From IMG/VR virus record IMGVR_UViG_3300021968_000005, positions 1 to 28,800 of that record: a stretch of DNA of 28,800 nucleotides. The stretch is one strand, 5' to 3'. A program made the position numbers and the translations under genes. Shown one piece after another: positions 1 through 7,375 of the stretch. This DNA is from a virus. Taxonomy: Duplodnaviria > Caudoviricetes. Every line of letters begins with the position of its first letter. Within the stretch, counting starts at the first letter, position 1. The notes under the pieces were generated by a model, which did not search any database, had not been told where the DNA came from, and saw only the letters and a list, made by a program, of their open reading frames with translations.

Positions 1-1
1 G

Positions 2-733
2 TCTGAACAAAATTATCGAACCGCAAAAGACATTTTGGTTAGACGCCAACACCTCAAAATCGTGGAAACGTGCCGCACTCGCAAAAAAGTAACGACCGGG
101 ATAACGACCGTCGGGACAAAGGTAAAGCTCTTATCTTCAAGCGTTTGGGATATAAATTCTGACACAGGTAACGACCGAAGTAACGACCGTCCAACGACCG
201 ACCAACGACCGACCAACGACGAACTAAGAATGATTAAGAAAGAAAAGAAAGATCATCATCCCTACCCTTCTGCTTCCGGACTGACGGATGACTTTTCTTC
301 GAAAGAGGAAAAGGTAAAAGTTTGTGATGGAGTTTTCATGAGAAAAAAAGATCTTGATTTGTGCATACAGCTCAAGGGAAGCCTCGAGAAAGTTCAGGAG
401 GGGATTGCGTTTATCCTCGGGAGCAAGAAGAGAAAATGCGATATCACGGACTGGCCAAATGCCCTCGCAAACTGGAAGGTCGAAAACAAGGTCAAGGTAA
501 ATATCCGAGAGAATGCGAACCTAGCGGAAAAATTGTGCCGTCAGTTCGAGGAATTTGAGAATGGGAACGGCTGGAGGATTCGACTGTATACGGATCAAAA
601 CAGAGATCAAAAAGGAATTCTTTTCGAGAGCGAAAGCGCCTATCACGAGTCGGTTTTCGTCGCGCTGGTCGATGGAGAATTTAAGCAAAAATGTAGAGAT
701 TTGATAGAGAAAAACATTGTAGGAGAAAAATGA
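2..733 (+). CDS. Phage replication initiator-like protein (5'-truncated; frame is open from the window start)
   Basis: Frame 2 is open from position 2 (SEQNYRTAKDILVRR...). A low-complexity linker (NDRSNDRPTTDQRPTN) is encoded by iteron-like repeats, as in lambda O-type initiators. It lies upstream of SSB- and RusA-like genes. Confidence 0.6.
   Translation, partial: SEQNYRTAKDILVRRQHLKIVETCRTRKKVTTGITTVGTKVKLLSSSVWDINSDTGNDRSNDRPTTDQRPTNDELRMIKKEKKDHHPYPSASGLTDDFSSKEEKVKVCDGVFMRKKDLDLCIQLKGSLEKVQEGIAFILGSKKRKCDITDWPNALANWKVENKVKVNIRENANLAEKLCRQFEEFENGNGWRIRLYTDQNRDQKGILFESESAYHESVFVALVDGEFKQKCRDLIEKNIVGEK
91..220 (+). repeat. Iteron-like AACGAC(C) repeats; probable replication origin
   Basis: AACGACC at 91, 103, 170, 182, 193, 204 and AACGAC at 215. 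The last five are spaced 12, 11, 11, 11 bp and are followed by an A-rich tract (~221-250). Confidence 0.7.
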
Positions 734-921
734 GAATTTACGAAGTTTGGTATGGATGTGGAAAACATGTTTTTGAGGCAGATGAAATAAAATTTCGAGA
801 CGACTTTCTCCATGAAACAAAGAAAGAACCCCTCGTACTTTATCAAAAAGGGAGGCTTCTTGCCATTCTCAAAGAATGGGAATACGTGATAGATGTCACT
901 GAAAAATTTATTGCGAAATGA
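730..921 (+). CDS. Hypothetical protein (63 aa)
   Basis: ATGA overlap with the upstream stop; AGGAG RBS at 721-725. Confidence 0.7.
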   Translation: MRIYEVWYGCGKHVFEADEIKFRDDFLHETKKEPLVLYQKGRLLAILKEWEYVIDVTEKFIAK

Positions 922-959
922 AAGTAAAAGCGTTATCACAAACAAAAAAGGAGTTAAAT

Positions 960-1274
960 ATGAGTCAATTTGATTTCGTTAGTCATGAAAGTTTTCCAGA
1001 AGATGAATACACTAAGGAAGCCGTCGTTCTGTGCATAAAAAAAGAGCATCGAGTGACCTTCGTGAGAAAAAAAATGAATACCGGCGCCATGTTTTGGGAT
1101 GTAATTTCAGCCTCCGTCAAGAAGGGCGGCGAGAAGAAGTTTCTCAAGAGCTACTCGCAGGACAGCAATTTTCTCCATGAGGATATAAAGCATTTTCTTG
1201 AAGCACGATCTTGGGAAAAGGGAGGAAGTGCGAATTTGCCGCAAAAAAACGAAAACGAAGATATCCCGTTTTGA
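960..1274 (+). CDS. SSB-like protein with acidic C-terminal tail
   Basis: AAGGAG RBS before ATG 960. C-terminus NENEDIPF matches the bacterial SSB tail (DDDIPF). Replication-module context. Confidence 0.6.
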   Translation: MSQFDFVSHESFPEDEYTKEAVVLCIKKEHRVTFVRKKMNTGAMFWDVISASVKKGGEKKFLKSYSQDSNFLHEDIKHFLEARSWEKGGSANLPQKNENEDIPF

Positions 1275-1350
1275 GTTTGATATTGGAAACAAGGAAGGCC
1301 AGCCAAGGCACTTTAGATGCCCTACAATCGATCAAAAGGGGGATAGGGCT

Positions 1351-1776
1351 ATGAACACTCGGATTAAGAAAAATAGTCGATCCTGGGCTAAAAGAAGTGC
1401 CAAAATCGAGATCTGTATAGACAAAGCGACCTTTGATATCCCCCTGCGGACTAAGAGCGAAGCGAACTGCTTCGAACCCTGGCCCGTGAGGCACCGGAGG
1501 CACTCGGAGCAGAAGCGCCTGGTAGGCACGTTTCTTAACCCTCACCGTGGCCTTTTCCGGCTGCCGTGCCGCGTTGTCCTCACCCGATTCGCCCCGCACG
1601 AGCTGGACGTCTTCGACAACTTGCCCGCAAGCTTCAAGTACATCGTCGACGCTATCTGCGCAATTATAACAGGAAACTACATTGCCGGTCGAGCAGATGG
1701 AGATAAAAGAATCTCAATATCGTGCGATCAAGTAAAAAGTTTAGAATATGGAATTAGAATTGAAATTAGTTGGTAA
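1351..1776 (+). CDS. RusA-like Holliday junction resolvase/endodeoxyribonuclease
   Basis: Motif LDVFDNLPASFKYIVDAI...ADGD resembles the RusA D-x-D-N-x-x-K-x-x-x-D catalytic signature; C-terminal GIRIEISW strand. Start uncertain. Confidence 0.65.
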   Translation: MNTRIKKNSRSWAKRSAKIEICIDKATFDIPLRTKSEANCFEPWPVRHRRHSEQKRLVGTFLNPHRGLFRLPCRVVLTRFAPHELDVFDNLPASFKYIVDAICAIITGNYIAGRADGDKRISISCDQVKSLEYGIRIEISW

Positions 1777-1813
1777 ACAAAAAACAACAAAAACACAAAC
1801 AAAATGGCAAACT

Positions 1814-2545
1814 ATGGCAGAAAGAAAAATATATATAACCACAAATTATGCGCAATTTAGGTTTTTAAATAGAAACAGAGACGTAAATCCGGAGCTGCTT
1901 CTTGCTTCTATTAAGAAAAAAAACCTTCTAATTGATGATCCAATTTGCGTTGATAAAGATATGAATGTATTAAAAGGTCAAAACAGATTAATAATTGCAG
2001 AAATTATAAAATCTCCTATTTCTTATTTTTTCGCTGAAGAAATGACAGAAGATGATATTGCACAATGCGAAGTTAAAAGGGCCTGGGTGTTAACCGACTA
2101 TTTAAAATATTATGGACATTTACCGCCTTATATTTTTATTAAACTCGTTATCGATATATATAAAATCCCTCTCCATTGTGCCGTCGCTTGCTGTGCTTTC
2201 GGAGATTCTCCCTATGAAAAATTTAGACAGGGTACATTTGCTTTAAAAAAAGATCCGTTTGTTTTAGAGAGATCGATAAAAATGACCATGGAAGTAGTAG
2301 AGTTTTTAAAAAACTTGGTGAGTTTAATTGGAAAGAAAAATGCTAGTTTTAATAACAGGCTATTTAGGGCAATTTTTCATTGTTGCACCCTAGAAAACTA
2401 TAATCACGATCACATGTTGTCCGCGCTTCAAAGTTATCAAAAATATGCCCTTGAATTATTAAACATAAATTCGCAGTCTCTGATTGTAGAATCCCTAAAG
2501 AATGGAATTTACAATCGTCGATTGTCTGACAAAAACAAAATCTAA
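1814..2545 (+). CDS. ParB/Srx-like N-terminal domain protein
   Basis: NRDVN...SIKKKNLLIDDPICVDKDMNVLKGQNRL resembles the ParB-N PI.V....I.DGQHR motif, with substitutions. Start assigned to ATG 1814. Confidence 0.6.
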   Translation: MAERKIYITTNYAQFRFLNRNRDVNPELLLASIKKKNLLIDDPICVDKDMNVLKGQNRLIIAEIIKSPISYFFAEEMTEDDIAQCEVKRAWVLTDYLKYYGHLPPYIFIKLVIDIYKIPLHCAVACCAFGDSPYEKFRQGTFALKKDPFVLERSIKMTMEVVEFLKNLVSLIGKKNASFNNRLFRAIFHCCTLENYNHDHMLSALQSYQKYALELLNINSQSLIVESLKNGIYNRRLSDKNKI

Positions 2546-2558
2546 CAAAAGGAAAGTT

Positions 2559-2798
2559 ATGATGTTAAAACCAGTAGGAAAAAGGGTTTTGATTCAAGGC
2601 GTTATAGGCAACGCAGGGAATATAATTTTAACCCAGAAACCCACGAAATTCTTGGTAATAGCAATTGGTGATGAAGTTACAAAAGTCAAAATCCAAGATA
2701 TTATTTTCCTCGAAAAACACTTCGGTGTTGAAATAGATCACGAAAAAGAAAAATATCTAATAATTGACGAAATGAGCATTTTGGCTAAGCTTGACTAA
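2559..2798 (+). CDS. groES: GroES/Cpn10-like co-chaperonin
   Basis: LKPVGKRVLI...GNIIL...VIAIG...VKIQDII...YLIIDEMSILAKL aligns by eye with GroES along its full length. Confidence 0.85.
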   Translation: MMLKPVGKRVLIQGVIGNAGNIILTQKPTKFLVIAIGDEVTKVKIQDIIFLEKHFGVEIDHEKEKYLIIDEMSILAKLD

Positions 2799-2820
2799 AA
2801 ACTTTTTTATTGCCTACCGT
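2791..2820 (+). promoter_or_regulatory. Conserved morphogenesis promoter-like motif, copy 1
   Basis: TTGACT AAAAAC TTTTTTAT TGCC TACCGT. Confidence 0.55.
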
Positions 2821-2853
2821 GAGGAAAAGAAAAGAAAAAAAGCACGGTAATAC

Positions 2854-3039
2854 ATGAACGAACTCACGGTTATTTTAAAAGATAGTTCAAGAACATATAA
2901 GCAAGAATTTACTATTTACGAAGTTTATACAGCGTCTCCCGATGATCCTCAAGTTAGAAAATGCATTGATCAAGCCAAGAAGAACTTTATCGGGGAACCT
3001 GATCGTATTTTAATTCGCATTGACTTTGAGGTAGAATGA
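2854..3039 (+). CDS. Hypothetical protein (61 aa)
   Basis: ORF follows motif copy 1 and overlaps (ATGA) the putative terS. Confidence 0.7.
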   Translation: MNELTVILKDSSRTYKQEFTIYEVYTASPDDPQVRKCIDQAKKNFIGEPDRILIRIDFEVE

Positions 3040-3467
3040 TGGTTAGACCTAGAGAGTTTTCTTATCCCCCTGAAAAGATGATTGAGCTTGGTAAGGAAAT
3101 GGTCGACTATGTAAAACAAAATAAAGAAACAATTCTGCATCTTTGCGAGTGGTATACGATCGAAAAGGGGTATACTTATAACGAATGGAAAACATTCATC
3201 CAGAGAGCCGAGTTCGTTCCCTATTACGAGCAAGCTCTTAAGATTATAGGACTAAAGTATGTTGATAAAAACAGCAACGTCAGGGACAAAATCTCGGACA
3301 GATGGCAAAGGATCTACTTTGGCGACCTCAGAGAAGGCGAAGACAAAGACGCCGATGATAACGAGCTTCGCAAAGCTTCCGCCCTTAAAGGGGAAGCTAG
3401 AGCCCTTGAGCAAGAAAGAATCAAAGTCATCGAAGAAGTTCAAAGAAGTAAAAGAAAGCTGAAATAA
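3036..3467 (+). CDS. terS: Putative terminase small subunit
   Basis: 143 aa and helical, with N-terminal RPR...Y.PE, then EFVPYYEQAL and a C-terminal coiled coil; lies directly upstream of terL. Confidence 0.6.
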   Translation: MMVRPREFSYPPEKMIELGKEMVDYVKQNKETILHLCEWYTIEKGYTYNEWKTFIQRAEFVPYYEQALKIIGLKYVDKNSNVRDKISDRWQRIYFGDLREGEDKDADDNELRKASALKGEARALEQERIKVIEEVQRSKRKLK

Positions 3468-3521
3468 TTTTTCGGCTCAAGTCCACTCCGTGGATGCCTC
3501 ACGGCACCGAGGCTAACATTT

Positions 3522-3550
3522 TTGTCAATTTAACGCAAACGCATCACAAT
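3522..3550 (+). promoter_or_regulatory. Putative sigma70-type promoter for the tRNA-like element/terL
   Basis: TTGTCA-N17-CACAAT, ending 15 nt before the cloverleaf. Confidence 0.4.
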
Positions 3551-3565
3551 ACTAGAAGCATTAAG

Positions 3566-3666
3566 GGTTGTTACGTCGCATAGGTAAGATAGTCCTAATG
3601 AGCGGGACAAAAGGTGAATAAGAAAAATGAATATCCTTTGTAAGAGTGCAAGTCTCTTGGCAACCA
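3566..3666 (+). tRNA. Non-canonical tRNA-like cloverleaf, anticodon TGA (Ser-like, long variable arm)
   Basis: Acceptor GGTTGTT/GGCAACC plus A. D-stem GTC/GAT with GG in the loop. Anticodon stem GTCCT/GGGAC with 7-nt loop AATGAGC. Variable stem AAAGG/CCTTT. T-stem AAGAG/CTCTT with loop TGCAAGT. Lacks U8, U33, U55 and an encoded CCA. Confidence 0.6.
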
Positions 3667-3691
3667 TCTATAAAATAACCAAGGCCAAATC

Positions 3692-4384
3692 TTGAGCGAA
3701 GAATATATACCCACTCAAGAAGAATTAAACGATAAGCTGTGGCGCCTAACCCACCTCTATTACATTACCAACAAATCCGGCCAGGAAGTCCTGTTCAATC
3801 TCAATTGGGCTCAACAAGAGCTGTATCATAAGGAATGGCATCAAATGCTTGTCCTAAAGGCTCGGCAGCTTGGCGTTACAACGTAATTTTCAATTAATTT
3901 CTTAGACGATTGTTTTTGGCATCCTAATACCAACGCAGGCATTATTGCACATAGGAAAGAAGACGCCGAACAAATCTTCAAACAAAAGGTAAAGTATGCC
4001 TACGACAGAATGCCCCTGTGGACGAGAGCTTTTAACAGCGCAACAAATGACAGAGCTGGAGAACTCGCTTTCGAAAACGGATCTAGTTATCGGGTCTCTA
4101 CTGGGTTTCGCTCTGGTACTTACCAGCGCCTGCTCGTGTCCGAATTCGGGAAAATATGCGCAAAGTCACCTGATGTTGCTAAAGAAATTGTCACAGGCTC
4201 ACTCAACACTGTCTCAGCAGATCAAGTTATTGCTATTGAATCAACGGCCGAGGGGAGAGAGGGATACTTCTATGACTTCTGTAAGAGAGCGGAAGAAATG
4301 CAATTGTCAGGAAAAAAGCTAACCAAAATGGATATGAGGTTTTTTTTCTTTCCTTGGTATGAAGAAGAATCGTATAGGATTTGA
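3692..4384 (+). pseudogene. terL: Terminase large subunit, N-terminal ATPase part, with in-frame TAA at 3884-3886
   Basis: Reading through the TAA gives a continuous frame: NWAQ (Q motif), LKARQLGVTT (Walker A variant), *FSINFLDDCFW...GIIAH, LLVSEFGK (Walker B), IESTAEG (coupling motif), FFFPWY. ORF-track entries 3692 and 4010 are the same frame. Confidence 0.85.
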
Positions 4385-4410
4385 TTCATGAATACCGTAT
4401 AATACCAGTT

Positions 4411-5007
4411 ATGAAAATATGCAAAAACTGCTCTACTCAATTTGAATCTACACTCACAAGAAAGATATTCTGTAATCGCCGATGCAAAGAAAAGTATTAC
4501 AATAGGGTGCAGTATGAACAGCAAAGAAAGAAGTTTAACAGGAGTACTATTGTTGCAAATACATGCAGAATCTGTCAAAAAGAATGCAACAATTTGGCAG
4601 TCAATGATGCATTGTGCAAGCGATGTTATGCCTATGTTTTTCATATGAAAGAAAAAGGACTGCCTACGGACACACAGAGTGTTTTAGATCATAGGGAATA
4701 TCAACGAACCAGAGAGAAAAAGCATTATAACGGTGACGGATATGTTGTTTTGCATAAGAAGGGACATCCCAATGCCATGAAATATGGGCGTATTTGCGAG
4801 CACACATTTGTTATGTCTGAGCATTTAGGAAGACCTATAAAAGACAAAGAAACCGTACATCATAAGAATGGGATTCGAGACGACAATCGAATTGAGAATT
4901 TAGAACTTTGGGGACATTCTCATCCATATGGACAAAGGATTGAAGATAAGGTTGAATGGGCAATTTCATTTTTAAAGGAGTACGGATATGTCGTTTCCAG
5001 AGACTAG
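4411..5007 (+). mobile_element. Free-standing HNH homing endonuclease inserted in terL
   Basis: N-terminal CxxC Zn motifs and an HNH motif ([13 protein letters not shown]...[19 protein letters not shown]). Start is ATG 4411 or TTG 4381. Confidence 0.9.
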
Positions 5008-5821
5008 CATAATTGTTTCCAAGGAAATCAATGAATACCTAGATCATATCGAAATCGAACGTCAAAGAAAGATTGACGAAGATCAGAGACGATGGTATGA
5101 AATGAAGCAGCGCATGCTCGGACAAGAGATGATGCGACAAGAATACCCCTCAACGCCAAAGGAGGCTTTTGAAAGTGCGAACGAAGGTCTTTATTACGGT
5201 ACTCAGCTCAGCAAATTGCGTGCTCTCGGGAATGTGTGCAGGGTTCCCTACGACGATAGTACACCTGTCCATACCGCTTGGGACATTGGTCTTGACGACT
5301 TTACTTCAATATTTTGTTTTCAAGTGGGACGCGGCGGCGCGGTCTCGATTATAAACTTTTACGAAAACTGGGACGAAGGAGCAGCTCATTACTGTGATTG
5401 GCTTAATAAACAAAAATACCGCTTTGGACGTCATATCTTCCCTCATGATGCGAGAAAAAGAGACGCTGGAGCTAAGACGCAATATCTCGACTTTGTTACG
5501 CCAAACCTCGAAGGCAAGTTTGTCGTATTGGATATCAAAGAATGTGACAAACTGGAAGGTATCCAAACGGTACGATCTATGCTATCGCGTTGTGTATTCG
5601 ATGAAGAAAAAACGGCGAAGGCTATTAGACACCTTGAGGCTTACAAAAAGGTTTGGGATGATCGACTCGGATGCTATAAAAACACACCGCTACACGATGA
5701 ACATAGCCATGCCGCAGATGCGTTCCGTTACTTGGCCGTCGGTCTTAAGGGGCTTGAGCGAAAAGACAATAGCAGCGCAGAAAACGATTTGAAGGCAGTG
5801 AATAGGTATTACGGCGTATGA
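4988..5821 (+). CDS. terL: Terminase large subunit, C-terminal part (end of ATPase lid plus nuclease domain)
   Basis: [20 protein letters not shown] (RNase H-like first Asp), [20 protein letters not shown]. Own RBS AAGGAG at 4975-4980. Confidence 0.9.
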   Translation: MSFPETSIIVSKEINEYLDHIEIERQRKIDEDQRRWYEMKQRMLGQEMMRQEYPSTPKEAFESANEGLYYGTQLSKLRALGNVCRVPYDDSTPVHTAWDIGLDDFTSIFCFQVGRGGAVSIINFYENWDEGAAHYCDWLNKQKYRFGRHIFPHDARKRDAGAKTQYLDFVTPNLEGKFVVLDIKECDKLEGIQTVRSMLSRCVFDEEKTAKAIRHLEAYKKVWDDRLGCYKNTPLHDEHSHAADAFRYLAVGLKGLERKDNSSAENDLKAVNRYYGV

Positions 5822-6009
5822 TCGACAAAGAAAAGTGGCTCAAAGTTTTTACCACCAAACAGGATTGCGATTATTGCGACAGAAAAAAGCAAACCATTAT
5901 GTACGCCGTTGTACGGCCAATTTATTTATGGAAAGACGACAAAATGATAATCGCCAATATCAGTGTAGCTAAAAAGTGTATGAAATGCATCGAGGAGGAA
6001 AGCGAATGA
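5818..6009 (+). CDS. Small Zn-ribbon-like hypothetical protein
   Basis: CDYC...CMKC; ATGA-coupled to terL-C. Confidence 0.65.
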   Translation: MIDKEKWLKVFTTKQDCDYCDRKKQTIMYAVVRPIYLWKDDKMIIANISVAKKCMKCIEEESE

Positions 6010-6242
6010 CAACACCGCAAGCAACCTTACAAAACCTTGAATATCGAATAAGAAGGATTTCCGAGCTTCTTGAAGGCAACGAGCATACCGGTGACATTAC
6101 AGAGATATTGGCGCAAATGGAGCTGCAAAATGACGATATCATGGCGAGCCAACAGAGGCTTGAGAATCTTATGAATTTGATTGTGAAATTCCTGAGTAGA
6201 GAAGATGTGGCGCAAAGTTGCGTCAAAAAGGAGACATTATGA
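6006..6242 (+). CDS. Coiled-coil microprotein, paralog A1
   Basis: GAGGAGG RBS and ATGA overlap; similar to 6788..6991. Confidence 0.75.
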   Translation: MTTPQATLQNLEYRIRRISELLEGNEHTGDITEILAQMELQNDDIMASQQRLENLMNLIVKFLSREDVAQSCVKKETL

Positions 6243-6580
6243 ACATCGTCAACGACAAAATATTATCGCATCTGAAGGGTTATCGAGCTTATTATTTTTC
6301 CTATGCTGTATTTCTAGCGTGCCTATTCACATCGCCATACGTCTACTCGTTCTTCGACTTCCATCCTTGCGAAGCCTATGAGCATTATGAACGAGATCGG
6401 ACAAGCTGGGAACGTGAGCACGGTACTGAGACTGCATTTATGAGTTATCCGGTGTGGATAGAACTAGATCAACAACGTGACAAAGATTTATGGCGCGAGA
6501 TCGGAGATGATTTTGCCCTGTGCTTTGATCCTTGGTTTGAGCCAAAACCCTATGAACATGATTTTGGGAGAGAAGAATGA
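6239..6580 (+). CDS. Hypothetical protein with N-terminal hydrophobic segment
   Basis: AGGAG RBS and ATGA overlap; YYFSYAVFLACLFTSPYVYS is a probable TM/signal segment followed by an acidic tail. Confidence 0.65.
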   Translation: MNIVNDKILSHLKGYRAYYFSYAVFLACLFTSPYVYSFFDFHPCEAYEHYERDRTSWEREHGTETAFMSYPVWIELDQQRDKDLWREIGDDFALCFDPWFEPKPYEHDFGREE

Positions 6581-6717
6581 AAAAGATTTTATTTCTAGCT
6601 GGCATGTCAATGGCCATATGGCTCCATGCAGATCCAGGTATCATGATTGACATAGATATCATATTCGAAAGGCCAAGCGGTCCTGGCGGAGTAGTTATGG
6701 GGGAACAATGCAAATAG
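6577..6717 (+). CDS. 46-aa putative secreted peptide (not in ORF track)
   Basis: MKKILFLAGMSMAIWLHA|DPGIMIDIDIIFERPSGPGGVVMGEQCK has a Sec-like signal; ATGA overlap with the previous gene and GGGAG RBS. Confidence 0.6.
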   Translation: MKKILFLAGMSMAIWLHADPGIMIDIDIIFERPSGPGGVVMGEQCK

Positions 6718-6787
6718 TCTTTGTTTTGATACCAAAGGTTTTTAGAAAATTTCTTGCATTTTGTGGACATTTAGATAAGTAAAATCT

Positions 6788-6991
6788 ATGACAATACAAC
6801 AAGCCACTTTATACAGACTAGAGAGCCGTGTGAGCTATCTATGCAATCTCTTGGAAGCTAACGCAGACCATGAAAGCATTAGCGAAAGAATGAAGAGGGT
6901 GGAGCTTGACATTGGAGATCTTATGTCAGCTCAGCATCGCATGGAAAGTCTTTTGAATCATATTGTAAATATTTTGGACGAGAAGGGATAA
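6788..6991 (+). CDS. Coiled-coil microprotein, paralog A2
   Basis: MT..QATL..LE.R...L..LLE.N...I.E.....EL...D.M..Q.R.E.L.N.IV..L pattern shared with 6006..6242. Confidence 0.75.
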   Translation: MTIQQATLYRLESRVSYLCNLLEANADHESISERMKRVELDIGDLMSAQHRMESLLNHIVNILDEKG

Positions 6992-6993
6992 CT

Positions 6994-7227
6994 GTGCTGG
7001 ATATGTGGAATTGGCTCATAGAGTGCTACAAGGACGGATCATACACCCTCGAAAACCTTGAAGATGTTATGAGGAGCGACAAGGCAGCTCGTGAGATGTG
7101 GGAGGAATTTACGTCATGTTCTAGTGATTTTATCCCAGACGTGCGAGACGAAGTGGCTGCGATTCTTGCCTATCTGAAGAAAAAGGACATAGATGACGGA
7201 ACTGGAAGAGTGTCTCAAGATCATTGA
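6994..7227 (+). CDS. Hypothetical protein
   Basis: GTG start 2 nt after the previous stop; part of a tightly packed ORF chain. Confidence 0.6.
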   Translation: MLDMWNWLIECYKDGSYTLENLEDVMRSDKAAREMWEEFTSCSSDFIPDVRDEVAAILAYLKKKDIDDGTGRVSQDH

Positions 7228-7375
7228 TAAAGCCACCAATCGAGAGTTAAGGCCAAAGTGCAAAGCATCGGTGAAAATGATATTTGCTCTCATCGATAGT
7301 GTTGAAGAATTTGTTCCAAAGCCCACTCAAAACAAAATATTCCGAAGGTATAGGGATCTGATAAAATATGGATGA
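7193..7375 (+). CDS. Hypothetical protein
   Basis: AAGGA RBS; tightly packed chain. Confidence 0.6.
   Translation: MTELEECLKIIDKATNRELRPKCKASVKMIFALIDSVEEFVPKPTQNKIFRRYRDLIKYG

Noticed and set aside
91-220. CRISPR-like repeat array
   Set aside because: Units are 7 nt with 4-5-nt spacers inside a coding frame; no cas genes.
3470-3513. Hammerhead ribozyme
   Set aside because: A three-stem layout is present but the CUGAnGA and GAAA core is absent.
3592-3608. tRNA-like element as an ochre suppressor for the terL TAA
   Set aside because: The anticodon loop is AATGAGC (anticodon TGA); it contains no TTA anticodon.
4381-5007. Group I intron or intein in terL
   Set aside because: The HNH is out of frame with terL and there are no intein termini. 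Under 30 nt of non-coding sequence is available for a ribozyme, and terL-C has its own RBS.
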